Assembly (NCBI RefSeq): GCF_031769215.1
Contig: NW_026782192.1
Coordinates: 496,001 to 560,000, forward strand
Direction: 5' to 3'
Origin: Ylistrum balloti
Lineage: Eukaryota
DNA length: 64,000 nucleotides
In this document: positions 18,801 to 46,225 of the stretch, piece after piece
How the letters are laid out: the number at the start of each line of letters is the position of its first letter
Numbering within the stretch: position 1 is the stretch's first letter
Made by a program: the position numbers and the translations under genes
Notes under the pieces: model-generated
Told to the model about the DNA's origin: nothing
Database searches by the model: none
The model's input: only the letters and a program-made list of their open reading frames with translations

Positions 18801-19859
18801 TACACTCTTCTACATCAAACTCTAATCTGTCTTAATTATACAGTGACCACGCTGTACACTCTTCTACATCAAACTCTCACCTGTCTTAATTATACAGTGA
18901 CCACGCTGTACACTCTTCTACATCAAACTCTAATCTGTCTTAATTATACAGTGACCACGCTGTACACTCATCCACATCAAACTCTAATCTGTCTTAATTA
19001 TACAGTGACCACGCTGTACACTCTTCTACATCAAACTCTAGCCTGTCTTAATTATACAGTGACCACGCTGTACACTCTTCTACATCAAACTCTAGCCTGT
19101 CTTAATTATACAGTGACCACGCTGTACACTCTTCTACATCAAACTCTAATCTGTCTTAATTATACAGTGACCACGCTGTACACTCTTCTACATCAAACTC
19201 TAATCTGTCTTAATTATACAGTGACCACGCTGTACACTCTTCTACATCAAACTCTAATCTGTCTTAATTATACAGTGACCACGCTGTGTCAAACTCACTC
19301 TACAGTCACGCTGTACATCAAACTCAAGCCTGTCTTAATTATACAGTGACCACGCTGTACACTCTTCTACATCAAACTCAAGCCTGTCTTAATTATACAG
19401 TGACCACGCTGTACACTCTTCTACATCAAACTCTAAGCTGTCTTAATTATACAGTGACCACGCTGTACACTCATCTACATCAAACTCTAATCTGTCTTAA
19501 TTATACAGTGACCACGCTGTACACTCTTCTACATCAAACTCTAATCTGTCTTAATTATACAGTGACCACGCTGTACACTCTTCTACATCAAACTCAAGCC
19601 TGTCTTAATTATACAGTGACCACGCTGTACACTCTTCTACATCAAACTCAAGCCTGTCTTAATTATACAGTGACCAGTGTACACTCTTCTACATCAAACT
19701 CAAGCCTGTCTTAATTACAGTGACCACGCTGTACACTCTTCTACATCAAACTCTAACCTGTCTTAATTATACAGTGACCACGCTGTACACTAATCAACAT
19801 CAAACTCTAAACTGTCTTAATTATACAGTGACCACGCTGTACACTCTGTCTACATCAAA
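15842..19859. repeat. 54-bp satellite, ~74 copies
   Basis: Unit CAGTGACCACGCTGTACACTCTTCTACATCAAACTCTAATCTGTCTTAATTATA. Confidence 0.98.
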
Positions 19860-19882
19860 GTCTACACCTCTGTCTTACATCC

Positions 19883-20557
19883 TGTACCCTCTGATAGATT
19901 ATGGTGTTTGGTCAGAGTGTACCCTCTGATAGATATCTGGTGTTTGGTCAGAGTGTACCCTCTGATAGATATCTGGTGTTTGGTCAGAGTGTACCCTCTG
20001 ATAGATATCTGGTGTTTGGTCAGAGTGTACCCTCTGATAGATATCTGGTGTTTGGTCAGAGTGTACCCTCCGATAGATATGTGGTGTTTGGTCAGAGTGT
20101 ACCCTCCGATAGATATCTGGTGTTTGGTCAGAGTGTACCCTCTGATAGATATCTGGTGTTTGGTCAGAGTGTACCCTCTGATAGATATCTGGTGTTTGGT
20201 CAGAGTGTACCCTCTGATAGATATCTGGTGTTTGGTCAGAGTGTACCCTCTGATAGATATCTGGTGTTAGATATCTGGTGTTTGACCAGAGTGTACCCTC
20301 TGATAGATACCAGGGTGGTGTTTGACCAGGTGTGTACCCTCTGATAGATATCTGGTGTTTGACCGGTGTGTACCCTCTGATAGATATCTGGTGTTTGACC
20401 AGGGTGTACCCTCTGATAGATATCTGGTGTTTGACCAGGGTGTACCCTCTGATAGATATCTGGTGTTTGACCGGTGTGTACCCTCTGATAGATATCTGGT
20501 GTTTGACCAGGGTGTACCCTCTGATAGATATCTGGGGTTTGGTCAGAGTGTACCCTC
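19883..20557. repeat. 36-bp minisatellite, ~19 copies, two sub-blocks
   Basis: Unit GTACCCTCTGATAGATATCTGGTGTTTGGTCAGAGT; the distal block switches to TTTGACCAGGGT/TTTGACCGGTGT. Confidence 0.97.
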
Positions 20558-21542
20558 ATGATGTCAAATTCTGCCGCTTATGTTAAGCGCCGATATTTTT
20601 GGGTGCCGTCAAAAATTTGCCTTTAAATCACATTTACATTACAAAATTATATTGATATTGGAATTTCTTAATGTGTCTAAGGATAAAGAGATATGGAAAC
20701 GTAAAACCAACGATACTTGAGTAAGGGTACTTGGTAAATTATCAATGACTTATGTGTCGATATATTTTCACGCTACCAGAGGGGGTTTTAACACAGCTAC
20801 TCATTTGAAGGAAATATTTACGAGTCTTACAAATGATATCAATATACTCTGTGATGTATAATATTCAGTGGGGCATCATTAAAATTCAATTTTCATGGAA
20901 TAAAATAGCAAAATGTCGATCCTAACATAAAACAAATTTTAATTCAAAGCCAGAAACAAAGGAAGATACAATTATTTGCAGTTTTCTACTATTTCTCAAA
21001 AGAAACACAAAACTGTTGCCAAATACGAGCGTAAAGAATGTGTGCACACATAAACTTGGTGAGCATTTGTCTTTGAAAGTAAAATCGATGTATTTCAATA
21101 CAGATAATATTAAGATATATTAATGTAAGAAAAAGACATTTATCAGCGTTTTATTTCTTAACCTACGTGGTATCTTGTTCTGTCTCAGAAAAAAAGAAAA
21201 AGAAGACTCGTATAAATAGTAACAAACTTGTTACCAATTCCAACATATGTATCGACCATAAATGACAGAGTTCCACTATTAACATTAACGCATTGTCGTC
21301 TATGTTCGAGTGTGATGAAATTCAGAAACCTGGTCATTGTAACCCTCCGCCGCCAGTCAAATTATGATAATATGATAACCACATTTTCAGAAGCTGTTAG
21401 CATCGATATCAACATAAAATATTAGTGTTTCCCGATAGTAATTTGAATTTCTTGTTAGCACCTCTGAAATGGATGGACATTGCAGTGTTAGAACACTGTA
21501 GTATGGATTATTCCAAAAACGTAGTCCATTTTAAGGATTTGG

Positions 21543-21572
21543 CCAATGAGCTGTCTGTAATTTTGCGGAGGG
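21543..21572 (+). promoter_or_regulatory. Copy 3 promoter: CCAAT-N17-GCGGAGGG, no obvious TATA
   Basis: CCAAT 21543-21547 and GCGGAGGG 21565-21572, 110 bp upstream of the ATG. Confidence 0.6.
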
Positions 21573-21652
21573 ATAACAGTGGTTAGCATGGTGATGTAAT
21601 GCAATGGTATTGATTGTGATGAGGCCACTGATACAACAGAGCTACAGCCAAG

Positions 21653-25859
<4,207 letters not shown>

Positions 25860-26031
25860 TTCACTATCACAGTAAACACATTGTAAACCTATTCTTCTGG
25901 ATTACTTATTAAAATAACTCTAGATATAAAAAAACACAACATGCTACTGCTTTCTTGTATTTTCAATCAAACAGTAAATTGTCTCATGGTAAATTCTAGA
26001 CCGACAATTTTAATGTTCTTAAATTGACTGG

Positions 26032-26037
26032 AATAAA
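26032..26037 (+). terminator. Candidate poly(A) signal AATAAA, copy 3
   Basis: Canonical hexamer ~170 bp after the stop, followed by TTGATTGTTGT. Confidence 0.5.
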
Positions 26038-26128
26038 GTACGGCCTATTAACAAAATTGATTGTTGTCGAGTTGTGCATGAGTAAACAGACGTTCTGCAA
26101 GGGATACTTAAGATTTTCCGAGTCCTTA

Positions 26129-27409
26129 AACACAGGTTATCACTGGGTACAGGGAACACACAGGTTATCACTGGGTACAGGGAACACACAGGTTATCACT
26201 GGGTACAGGGAACACACGGGTATCACCGGGTACAAGGAACACACAGGTTATTACTGTGTACAAGGAACATTTAGGTTATCACTGGGTACAGGGAACACAC
26301 TGGTTATCACTGGGTACAGGGAACACAAGTTATCACTGGGTACAGGCAACACACAGGTTATCACTGGGTACAGGGAACACAGAGGTTAGCACTGGGTACA
26401 GGGAACACACTGGTTATCACTGGGTACAGGGAACACACAGGTTATCACTGGGTACAGGGAACACACAGGTTATTACTGTGTACAAGGAACATTTAGGTTA
26501 TCACTGGGTACAGGGAACACACAGGGTATCACTGGGTACAGGGAACACACAGGTTATCACTGGGTACAGGCAACACACAGTGTATCACTGGGTACAGGGA
26601 ACACACAGGTTATCACTGGGTACAGGGAACACACAGGGTATCACCGGTACAAGGAACACACTGGTTATCACTGGGTACAAGGAATACACGGTTATCACTG
26701 GGTACAAGGAACACACAGGTTATCACTGGGTACAGAGAACACACAGATTATCACTGGGTACAAGGAACACACAGGTTATCACTGGGTACAAGGAACACAC
26801 AGGTTATTACTGTGTACAAGGAACATTTAGGTTATCACTGGGTACAGGGAACACACAGGGTATCACTGGGTACAGGGAACACACAGGTTATCACTGGGTA
26901 CAGGGAACACACAGGTTATCACTGGGTACAGGGAACACACAGGTTATCACTGGGTACAGGGAACACACAGGGTATCACCGGGTACAAGGAACACATTGGT
27001 TATCACTGGGTACAAGGAACACACAGGTTATTACTGTGTACAAGGAACATTTAGGTTATCACTGGGTACAGGGAACACACAGGGTATCACTGGGTACAGG
27101 GAACACACAGGTTATCACTGGGTACAGGGAACACACAGGTTATTACTGTGTACAAGGAACATTTATGTTATCACTGGGTACAGGGAACACACAGGGTATC
27201 ACTGGGTACAGGGAACACACAGGTTATCACTGGGTACAGGGAATACACGGTTATCACTGGGTACAAGGAACACACAGGTTATCACTGGGTACAGAGAACA
27301 CACAGATTATCACTGGGTACAAGGAACACACAGGTTATCACTGGGTACAGGGAACACACAGGGTATCACTGGATACAGGGAACACACAGGGTATCACTGG
27401 GTACAAGGA
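26129..27409. repeat. 28-bp minisatellite, ~46 copies
   Basis: Unit CACAGGTTATCACTGGGTACAGGGAACA. Confidence 0.98.
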
Positions 27410-27710
27410 GAGGCATACAATGAGTTAGAAGTATTTGACTAAAACAGTTATTATCATTACTTTCGTTAGAGTTTTAAATGATTTTGAGCTGATAACTTGT
27501 GTTGTTTTCATCTCAAATGAAAGAAATGGATCAAGCGCAAGATTTCAGTCACACAAACGCCTACTTATGAACTAGACTAAGCGTAAAAGAGCGTTTAATC
27601 TTATTTCTGATTACAGTGGTGACACAATTTGTGTCTTTCCTATTCCTTAATGAGCTAATTCGTATTTTTCCCAGTCACTGACCATAGCAATGACTCTGTT
27701 TATATTTAAC

Positions 27711-28420
27711 CTTATCTCTAACCATACAGATTACTCAATATCTGCCTTTCCTCGTCTCAAACCATAGAGTTGGCTCAGTGTCTGTCTGCCATCGTATCTA
27801 ACCATAGAGTTGACACAGTGCCGGTCTTTCCTCGTCTCAAACCATAGAGATGATTCAGTGCCTGTCTTTCCTCGTCTCTAACCATAGAGATGACTCAGTG
27901 TCTGTCTTTCGTCGTCTCTAGCCATAGCGATGACTCAGTGCATGTCTTTCGTCGTCTCTAGCCATAGCGATGACTCAGTGTCTGTCTTTCGTCGTCTCTA
28001 GCCATAGCGATGACTCAGTGCATGTCTTTCGTCGTCTCTAACCATATGATGACTCAGTGTCTGTCTTTCCTCGTCTCTAGCCATAAAGATGATTCGGTGT
28101 CTATTTTTTCTCGTCTCAAACCATAGGAATTACTCAATGTCTGTCTTTCCTCGTCTCTAGCTATAGAGATTGCTCAGAATCTGTCTTTCCTCATCTCTAG
28201 CCATAGAGATGACTCAGTGTCTGTCTTTCCTCATCTCTAGCCATAGAGATGACTCAGTGTCTGTCTTTCCTCGTCTCTAGCCATAGAGATGATTTAGTGT
28301 CTGTCTTTCCTCGTCTCTAGCCATAGAGATGATTTAGTGTCTGTCTTTCGTCGTCTTTAACAATGAGATCGCTCTATTCATATTTTCCTCATCTCTAACC
28401 ACAGAGATGACGCATTGTCT
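27711..28420. repeat. 40-bp minisatellite, ~17 copies, containing TGACTCA
   Basis: Unit AGCCATAGAGATGACTCAGTGTCTGTCTTTCCTCGTCTCT, degenerate at both ends. Confidence 0.95.
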
Positions 28421-28948
28421 GCTTCCTCTTCTGTCTGCCATAAAGATAATCCACTTTGTGTCCTTAATCGTGTCCATTGATCATAGATGTAACTTATTCT
28501 GTGTATTTCTCTGACTCTGGGAATAAAACTGACCCAGCTTTGGTGTCGTTTTCGATAATTTTATTTAAAACTTTAAAAGTTATGATACACACACAAAAAT
28601 GAATCGCCGAGTTTTGGCTTGATTTTATGCCATTTTTGTATGAACACATGGTCACAGAAAGTTACAAGTATATATTCGTATCTACATATATACATTCCAG
28701 TACTACTATGTGTATCATTTAATATCAAATACACACGTACTCTCACGTGTCAGCGATACCATGGTAACCATGTGTGTCAAATTCTGTCATACCTATTTAT
28801 TAACTATAGAATGACTTTTTTTTTACCTCGTGTCATACAAACTTGTTTGTTTTTTCTAACCAAACAAATTCTATTTTCCTCGGGATTGTTGATATAAGAA
28901 CAACAAAATAATGATTAAATAAATAGTTGTGAACTTTTTATTGTTTAA

Positions 28949-29038
28949 CCAATGGGATACGACTCCTGCGGAGGATTCTGAGTGAGGAGGCCACGTGACT
29001 TCCTCAAGGTGTATGTATAACTACACGGATGCTCAGTT
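28949..29038 (+). promoter_or_regulatory. Copy 4 promoter: CCAAT-N14-GCGGAGGA, E-box, initiator-like TCAGTT
   Basis: CCAAT 28949-28953, GCGGAGGA 28968-28975, CACGTG 28992-28997, TATAA 29016-29020, TCAGTT 29033-29038. Confidence 0.55.
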
Positions 29039-29081
29039 CCATTACACTGTTGGGGTCGACCAGAGAAGCCACACTAACAAG

Positions 29082-33670
<4,589 letters not shown>

Positions 33671-33729
33671 ACGGGAAAATATAATTTAAATTCCTGAGGA
33701 AATAACCTATTATTGATTATAAACAAAAC

Positions 33730-33735
33730 ATTAAA
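33730..33735 (+). terminator. Candidate poly(A) signal ATTAAA, copy 4
   Basis: 60 bp after the stop, followed by a T/GT-rich tract. Confidence 0.4.
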
Positions 33736-34909
33736 ATCGTAACGACTTTTTAAAATTTGTTAGTTTCTTTTTTGTGTTGAAGGTTTTCTCATACATTTGA
33801 CACGTGGACTCTTATACTCTTCTTGTTCACCGACTAGCAGGAAATATACCAGCGACTACTACAGGCTCTCGAGTTACATTACTGTACGACAGACGGATAC
33901 AGAGTAATAAGGAACTTAGACGGTGTAACACTTACCTACCACTAGTACATTACAAGTGTCACGTGACATTGTCTGCATCAACAGAGTCATTGTTACATAC
34001 AGTCGAACCTTGTTATAAGCATTTCGTTGGTCCCTGCCTAACTTTACATTAAAAGTACTAATTATAGATACAAACAACACACAATAATCCTGTACATGTG
34101 TAATATTGACGAGGAATATGTATTGGAAGTTGATCGATGTGTTACTTTTATGTGGTTTTACGTTCTCGTGATAACGAGGGTTATAAAAGGACAGGCGTCA
34201 AGAGAGGCTCCAAGTTTGAGGAAAATAAAAAAAAATATTCACAGAAAAGAACAGACGGGACAGAAAGGAAATGATCAAGCATTGTAATCGATAGCAGGTC
34301 TATTTAGTGTCTCCATTGTACTCCTATATATATGTAAGATCTGTGGATGACTTTTGTTTTGCACACCTTGTAAACACTCCTTGTATCATTCAAACAACAT
34401 GCGTCCAACAGGAAGTTGTTCACAAATCTATTTACGTGACCGACATTGCTGTGATTTTGTACTGTCTTGTATACATGGCCAGCACTCCAGAAAAATTGCA
34501 GCTTTGTGAAGTACAAAACATTTTAAAACCTTTTATTACATAAAAGCTGTAGATTTTGATGTTAAGAGAAATCGGATATGATAGTTTAAAGATTGTCAAC
34601 TTTGCTTTGAAAGTCCTTTTTAAAATGGCAACAATTTACATTTTGTACTAACGACTGATTAAATATAACCAAGCTTTGAGCAACTGGCACCCAACCTTTA
34701 TCATTCGTAAACACTGAAGATGGTATACTGTGAGAAAAAGCTTCTCTCTAACATCGACGCTTGTTGTTACCATACAGAAACACCACTGCAATAACCAATC
34801 TACAGGCAAGTCTCTGTACTCATTGAATATCTATGGGACTCGTGTCATTTCCAGAAATTCTCACTTTCTAAATTTGGAAAAATGAATTGTAGATTTACAT
34901 TTACAATTT

Positions 34910-35815
34910 TACCATACATAGACTTTCAAGTTAACCATACATGGACTTTCCAGTTAACCATACATGGACTTTCAAGTTTACCATACATAGACTTTCAAGT
35001 TAACCATACACAGACTTTCAAGTTAACCATACATTGATTTTCAAGTTTACCATACATTGACTTTCAAGGTTACCATACACGGACTTTCAAATCAACCATA
35101 AATAGATTTCAAGCTTACCATACACATATTTTCAAGTTAACCATACATAGACTTTCAAGTTAACCATACACAGACTTTCAAGTTTACCATACATAGACTT
35201 TCAATTTTACCATACAGAGACACTAATGTTACCAAACAGAGACACAAATGTTACCATACATAGACACAAATGTAACCATACAGAGACATTAGTGTTACCA
35301 TACAGAGACACAAATGTTACCATACAGAGAGACTAATGTTTATCATACGGGGACACAATGCTACCATACAGAGACACAAATGTAACCATACAGAGACATT
35401 AGTGTTACCATACAGAGACACAAATGTAACCATACAGAGACATTAGTGTTACCATACAGAGACACAAATGTAACCATACAGAGACATTAGTGTTACCATA
35501 CAGAGACACAAATGTTACCATACAGAGACACTAATGTCACCATACAGAGACTCAAACGTTATCATACAGAGATACATATGTTACCATACAGAGACACACA
35601 TGTTGCCATACAGAGACATTAGTGTTACCATACAGAGACACAAATGTAACCATACAGAGACATTAGTGTTACCATACAGAGACACACATGTTGCCATACA
35701 GAGACACTAATGTCACCATACAGAGACACAAATCTTACCATACAGAAACACTAATGTCACCACACAGAGACACAAACGTTACTATAGAGACACACTTGTG
35801 TTACCATAAATAGAC
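34910..35815. repeat. Compound minisatellite: 23-bp unit changing to a related 22-bp unit
   Basis: TACCATACATAGACTTTCAAGTT to ~35208, then ACCATACAGAGACACAAATGT(A/T) alternating with ACCATACAGAGACATTAGTGTT. Confidence 0.93.
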
Positions 35816-36882
35816 AATAAATTTGTTTGCCATGGAGTCGAGAGCCTAACCGTATCACCTGAATGTTTGTATACTGCTATCTATCTTAGTCATATGTCAC
35901 AGACACACTACAAAGTTTCCCGTGTATCTATCTTATTCTACCTTTTTGTGTGCTAAAAATAGTTGTCAAGTCATGTCTTTATATAGGTACATTACACATA
36001 CATCTTAACATAATATATATAATAACACAGACTGTCTCAACGTCAACCGAGAGGATAAAGTTCAAAATCGATACTTATGTCTGAGTCACACTGTAATCCA
36101 TATCGATCCACAGAAATTCTAGCTCAGCAACAGTATCCCAGGTCAACTGGTACAAAGGTCACAACAACTCAAGTCTACAGCCTTTTTCATTTTTATTTTT
36201 ATCTTAAAGGGTTCTATCTTAGAAAGAAATGAATATAATAGTTTCTCCTTTAAGGGTTCCTCTAAGTTATATACATAAAGTAATTCCTTCTACAAGTCAC
36301 TGTGAAATTTAGACACTGTCAATGTGATGTACCAAAAATATCGGAAAAGATCCTCCTGAAATTAATTACAGGTATTACAACGTCTCTATATGACTGGATT
36401 GTATAAACACTGTGATGATAAAATACCGAGGACCTACACATTGGTAAGCTACCCATACCAATGATTGTCTCTTTTCGAGTTATCTCCCCCTATACCACAA
36501 ACGACGTGCTTGTGCTACACACTCTGTTATAGCTGATAGAGTACCGGGTAATTCTGATCCCTTATATCACCACAGTAGTGTTTTATTTCCTGTTAACTAC
36601 TTTCAAAGTCATTTCAGTTAAGACAAAAATGGTTACAATTATGTGGTGAGTCAGGTATTATACACTATATTTGATATTACAACAGAGAGAACATTTGATT
36701 TTTGATGAATTCCATATGTTACCATGATTATTCTTACTTGTATTATTTGATCGTCCTAGATGAGGTCATTCTATCGACCGTTTTTGTATAGCAGGTATGA
36801 CAGCCGGTCATTACGGCTCGTCTGTTTAATAAGTTTGATGGTATCTCCACGCTAACTGAACAGAATGACAACAAAAGTCACC

Positions 36883-37050
36883 TGTCTAACACGAACGAGC
36901 ACGAGACACGTGTTTAACACGAACGATCACGAGACACGTGTTTAATACGAACGAGCACGAGACACGTGTCTAACACAAACCAGCACGAGACACATGTCTA
37001 ACACAAATTATCATGAGGCACGTGTCTAACACAAACAAGCATCAGACACG
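36883..37050. repeat. 28-bp minisatellite with CACGTG, ~6 copies
   Basis: GACACGTGTTTAACACGAACGAGCACGA; GACACGTG recurs at 36905, 36933 and 36961. Confidence 0.9.
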
Positions 37051-37085
37051 AGTCTTATTAAAACGGTGAACCATCAATGGTACGA

Positions 37086-38246
37086 GTCTGATGAATCTGT
37101 AGCAAGGTGTCTGTGATAAGCGTCTGATGAATCTGGTAAGGTGTCAGTGATAAGCGTCTGATGAATCTGTGGTAAGGTGTCAGTGATAAGCGTCTGATGA
37201 ATCTGTGGTAAGGTGTCAGTGATAAGCGTCTGATGAATCTGGTAAGGTGTCAGTGATAAGCGTCTTATGAATCTGTGGTAAGGTGTCAGTGATAAGCGTC
37301 TTATGGATCTGTGGTAATGTGTCAGTGATAAGCGTCTGATGAATCTGTGGTAAGATGTCAGTGATAAGCGTCTGATGAATCTGGTAAGGTGTCAGTGATA
37401 AGCGTCTTATGAATCTGTGGTAAGGTGTCAGTGATAAGCGTCTTATGGATCTGTGGTAATGTGTCAGTGATAAGCGTCTGATGAATCTGTGGTAAGATGT
37501 CAGTGATAAGCGTCTGATGAATCTGTGGTAAGGTGTCAGTGATAAGCGTCTTATGAATCTGGTAAGGTGTCAGTGATAAGCGTCCTATGAATCTGTGGTA
37601 AGGTGTCAGTGATAAGCGTCTTATGGATCTGTGGTAATGTGTCAGTGATAAGCGTCTGATGAATCTGTGGTAAGATGTCAGTTATAAGCGTCTGATGAAT
37701 CTGTGGTAAGGTGTCAGTGATAAGCGTCTGATGAATCTGGTAAGGTGTCAGTGATAAGCGTCTTATGAATCTGTGGTAAGGTGTCAGTGATAAGCGTCTT
37801 ATGGATCTGTGGTAATGTGTCAGTGATAAGCGTCTGATGAATCTGTGGTAAGATGTCAGTGATAAGCGTCTGATGAATCTGTGGTAATGTGTCAGTGATA
37901 AGCGTCTTATGAATCTGGTAAGGTGTCAGTGATAAGCGTCTGATGAATCTGGTAAGGTGTCAGTGATAAGCGTCTTATGAATCTGGTAAGGTGTCAGTGA
38001 TAAGCGTCTGATGAATCTGTGGTAAGGTGTCAGTGATAAGCGTCTTATGAATCTGGTAAGGTGTCAGTGATAAGCGTCTTATGAATCTGTGGTAATGTGT
38101 CAGTGATAAGCGTCTTATGAATCTGGTAAGGTGTCAGTGATAAGCGTCTTATGAATCTGTGGTAAGGTGTCAGTGATAAGCGTCTGATGAATCTGTGGTA
38201 AGGTGTCAGTGATAAGCGTCTTATGAATCTGTGGTAAGGTGTCAGT
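37086..38246. repeat. 36/34-bp minisatellite, ~32 copies
   Basis: Unit GTCAGTGATAAGCGTCTGATGAATCTGTGGTAAGGT; the 34-bp variant lacks one TG. Confidence 0.98.
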
Positions 38247-38273
38247 AGTACGAGTGTGAAGGTTCCATGGTGG

Positions 38274-38705
38274 GTTGAGTCATTGAGTTGGAAGGATATG
38301 TGGAGGCGTGAGTCATTGAGTTTGATGAAGGATATGTGGATGGGTGAGACATTGAGTTTGAAGGATATGTGGAGTCGTGAGTCATTGAGTTTGATGAAGG
38401 ATATGTGGATGGGTGAGACATTGAGTTGGAAGGATATGTGGAGTCGTGGGTCATTGAGTTTGATGAAGGATATGTGGATGGGTGAGACATTGAGTTGAAA
38501 GGATATGTGGAGTCGTGAGTCATTGAGTTGGAAGGATATGTGGAGGCGTGAGTCATTGAGTTTGATGAAGGATATGTGGAGGGGTGAGACATTGAGTTTG
38601 AAGGATTTGTGGCAGGGTGAGACATTGAGTTGGAAGGATATGTGAGGGGGTGAGTAATTGAGTTTGAAGGACATGTGGAGGGTTGAGTCAACTCTATGAG
38701 TTTGA
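38274..38705. repeat. 33/36-bp alternating minisatellite with TGAGTCA, ~12 copies
   Basis: GTGAG(T/A)CATTGAGTT(T)G(AT)GAAGGATATGTGGA..., abutting the previous array. Confidence 0.93.
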
Positions 38706-39507
38706 TTATCTTTGATGTACGAGTGTTTCTTGAGTTATACATTGTGACCAGGTCGATAATACATGCAGACGCACACATCTCGTGCTAGACACAAGACGTC
38801 ATACTATGTATGCATCAATATCGATCCGATTGCAGTCATCAACGATTTGATACCATCACTGTGTGTGTGAAGATGTCTTTAAGTACTGACGATATATAAA
38901 ACTTATCTAAAACATTAACATTTTTATAATCCATTTTCTCCTCTCACCTCGCCCCTCCATCGTCCTCCCCACCCAGCCATAAAAACAAACGACCTTTATT
39001 TCAGTGAGCGTTGTAGCAGTAGCAATGCTAAGCCCCTATAGCTATGACGATGATATGATTCTCTATACACAAACAGTAATTACGATACATAGGGTAAACA
39101 TCAGTACACTTCAATGGCTTGAAATCCGTCACACAACCAAACCTACACATGTATGAAAAAGTGTGTTAGAATGCAGTAACCGTAACTCTGTCATGACAAC
39201 AACCGATGAATTTAGCACCTCGTGAATAATTAATTGTAAATACTTGTTTAATGAGTTCTGTAACAGACTCTAATCTCATCCTAGATACTTAAGTATACAA
39301 ACAAGTAAATGATAAGTATAACATGCTTACACCATAGCAACAAACTGATTTTTGTACGAAAAATATCATTTCAGAAACAATTATAATAGTTACCAGGACA
39401 GCATAGTGAAATAAATGTATTTTTGTAAACGATATCGATGATGCGGTACAATTTTGATGTTTTGTTTGTGTAAATTTAAGAGAAAATAGGGCTGTTTTCG
39501 TAACCAG

Positions 39508-39579
39508 CCAATCATACGCCGGCGTTACTGCGGATGAGCGTGAAAGAGTAAAACTTCCATCCTTCTGCCTGTATAAATA
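39508..39579 (+). promoter_or_regulatory. Copy 5 promoter: CCAAT-N17-GCGGATGA plus TATAAATA
   Basis: CCAAT 39508-39512, GCGGATGA 39530-39537, TATAAATA 39572-39579. Confidence 0.7.
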
Positions 39580-39643
39580 CCTCCCGCCATATTAACTGAA
39601 TTTTACCAACAGGCAAGGTTGTATCACCACAAAGTACTACACA

Positions 39644-45421
<5,778 letters not shown>

Positions 45422-45500
45422 AATATTCTTCCTATTGATGAATACAAACTGTCGTTTAACGAACTGACCAAAGATGTACGTTCATGATGTGGTAAATGAA

Positions 45501-45506
45501 AATAAA
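45501..45506 (+). terminator. Candidate poly(A) signal AATAAA, copy 5
   Basis: 80 bp after the stop; a second AATAAA lies at 45671-45676. Confidence 0.45.
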
Positions 45507-46225
45507 TTATTCTTTCTCTCTTTCACTTCATCAGTGATGACTCCAATTTCACATGTGCAATATATTTCGATGAAAAGGTATTGAAGTGCTAGAAGGCGCC
45601 ACCATTAAGTATGGAATCATTCTGTTAACTATCGTTTCTCAGCCTGACCTACTTTCTGTGATAACAACAAAATAAAGACTTAGTGCCTTCTGTATAAAGT
45701 GTGCCTTGTAATTCTACTTTTAATCTACAACGTACATTGTGTAAATAGAAGCTACATGATCCATGGTAGTATATGGTGTTTCTTTCACTCGGTAATATGT
45801 TTTTTTAATGCGAGCTTTAGAGAAATAACGCGCGAAAGTGAAAGAAATGCCACATAACAACCACAAGTTCTACAACGTTAAAAAGAACTATTCCGGAGTT
45901 GAACTGACCAAACCCTTGTCTACGTGTTTTTTTGTTTTTTTGTTTTTTTTTTTTTGCTTACACGTCATCAGCTGGGGCGTAATCACATTAGTTCGGTAAA
46001 ATGTTGCTAATTAAAATGTAAATTCTGACAATTTCAGAAATACTTAGAAATACCTTAACTCATCGCAAATTCTGTCTAGAAATAAATCGGCTTCTAAGTC
46101 TAAAAGGATATAAAGTAAAAAAAATCAAATTATTACAAGAACAATCCTGGGCTACATATTGCGTGTTCTAATTTCCGTTTAATGGCTTTGTTCTACATAT
46201 AGTTCCCGTGATCAGGAGATATTAG

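Noticed and set aside
15777-19929. Long ORFs up to 600 aa of repeated TVTTLYTLLHQTLICLNY
   Set aside because: Translation of a 54-bp satellite with one stop-free frame; starts are GTG rather than ATG, indels break the frame repeatedly, and there is no unique domain or splice context.
14475-20626. Kolobok-like TTAAAGG and CCTTTAA ends enclosing the 54/36-bp arrays
   Set aside because: The sequences inside the two ends are not complementary, so they do not form a TIR pair.
34000-34185. TA|CAGTCGAACCTTGTTATAAG as a third MITE
   Set aside because: A plausible left TIR, but the possible right end (GTGATAACGAGGGTT) is too degenerate to delimit an element.
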